From NCBI RefSeq assembly GCF_004010195.1, contig NC_057728.1, positions 28,077,307 to 28,141,306 on the forward strand: a stretch of DNA of 64,000 bases. The letters are read 5' to 3'. How positions within the stretch are numbered: position 1 is the stretch's first letter; every line of letters begins with the position of its first letter. The notes beneath the pieces are model-generated. The model was not told the DNA's origin. It did not search any database and worked only from the letters and a program-made list of their open reading frames with translations. Of the stretch, positions 63,175 through 64,000 are shown in pieces. A program made the position numbers and the translations under genes. The DNA is from Chiloscyllium plagiosum. Its lineage: Eukaryota.

Positions 63175-63510
63175 TGCTTTTGATCATGTACGTAAGGAGA
63201 AACTGTTTCCAGTGGTAGTAGAGTTGTAACTAGTGAACACTGATGTAAAGTGGTTGCTAAAAGAAGCAGCGGTAACATGAGGATATACGGTTTCAGACAA
63301 CGAATTACTGTTCTTTGGAAAGCAGTGCCTGAAAGGTTGGGAGAAATAGGTTCACTAGTACATTCAAACTAGCTGCATAAATGAAGGGGGCATTAAGTAA
63401 AGCCAAAGAATTGAAAAGGAATGAGATTAATTGGATAAACTGTGCCAAAGAGATGGCATTGGGGACAGGTAAGATGGGCCAAGTGGCCTTCTATTTTGTA
63501 GCATTCCATG
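63175..63510 (+). mobile_element. Old CR1 3' end
   Basis: ggagaaactgtttccagtgg...gcagtgcctgaaaggttgg...gatgggccaagtggccttct. Confidence 0.6.
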
Positions 63511-64000
63511 GTTCAATGAAGTAGTAGCTTTTGTATGCATGCTGTAATAAGTGTAATAAGTTGGTGTTAGAAGTTGAATGTTGCTGCTGTGAGTAATCAA
63601 CTGGCACATTAGAGAAAGGATCCACATAGAAAATGTGTAATGTATATCAAAAGACCCCTTCTGTATAGCCTGCACACATGATATATATGCGTGTGTGTAT
63701 GTGTATTTCTGTCTGTCTGTTGGCCTTTATGTAAATTGTTTCCTCATAATTCCAGTCTTGATTCTTCGAAATGCCTTTTCAGTAAACGAGAGATCTACAA
63801 TGTATTGAATGTTCTATTCATAGGATGATTAAATTTAAATTTGATTTCATTTAAGGGTGTACTGCTGCAATAATTGATATTGTTTCATCTTTTTGTAGTG
63901 AGGTTAAACATCATATTGCAAATGCTCCTAAAAAAGTCTTCAAGGTATCTGTTCCTTCAAAGTCAGTGTGGTCTCGTCTGGCTGAGAATATCCACCTCTA

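Overview
Eukaryotic, repeat-rich vertebrate genomic DNA, most likely a shark or ray (inferred from the HE1-type V-SINEs and HER1/CR1-type LINEs). The only host gene is on the + strand: the last 11 coding exons (10744-49727; 1329 nt, 442 aa plus stop, all GT-AG, frame intact) of an SLC6A1/GAT-1-type sodium/chloride GABA transporter. Its 5' exons lie upstream of the window. Nearly all ORFs in the track are transposon debris: many CR1 LINE fragments, a near full-length degenerate L1, a Rex1/Babar remnant, Copia and Gypsy remnants, solo LTRs, two Harbinger DNA-transposon remnants and tRNA-derived SINEs. The most interesting signal is a dense set of about a dozen 120-310 bp non-coding insertions, six of them with 11-15 bp target-site duplications. 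They carry minimal type-I hammerhead ribozyme motifs (CTGAnGA-stem II-GAAA plus a palindromic ACGT or AGCT stem III) in at least four sequence families, arranged as inverted repeats or as a 212-nt tandem. This fits Penelope-derived or retrozyme-like mobile RNAs. A second oddity is an L1/CR1 chimera whose junction falls at the homologous endonuclease motif. Exon and TSD coordinates were read base by base; most repeat boundaries are approximate; family names come from motif recognition, not database searches.
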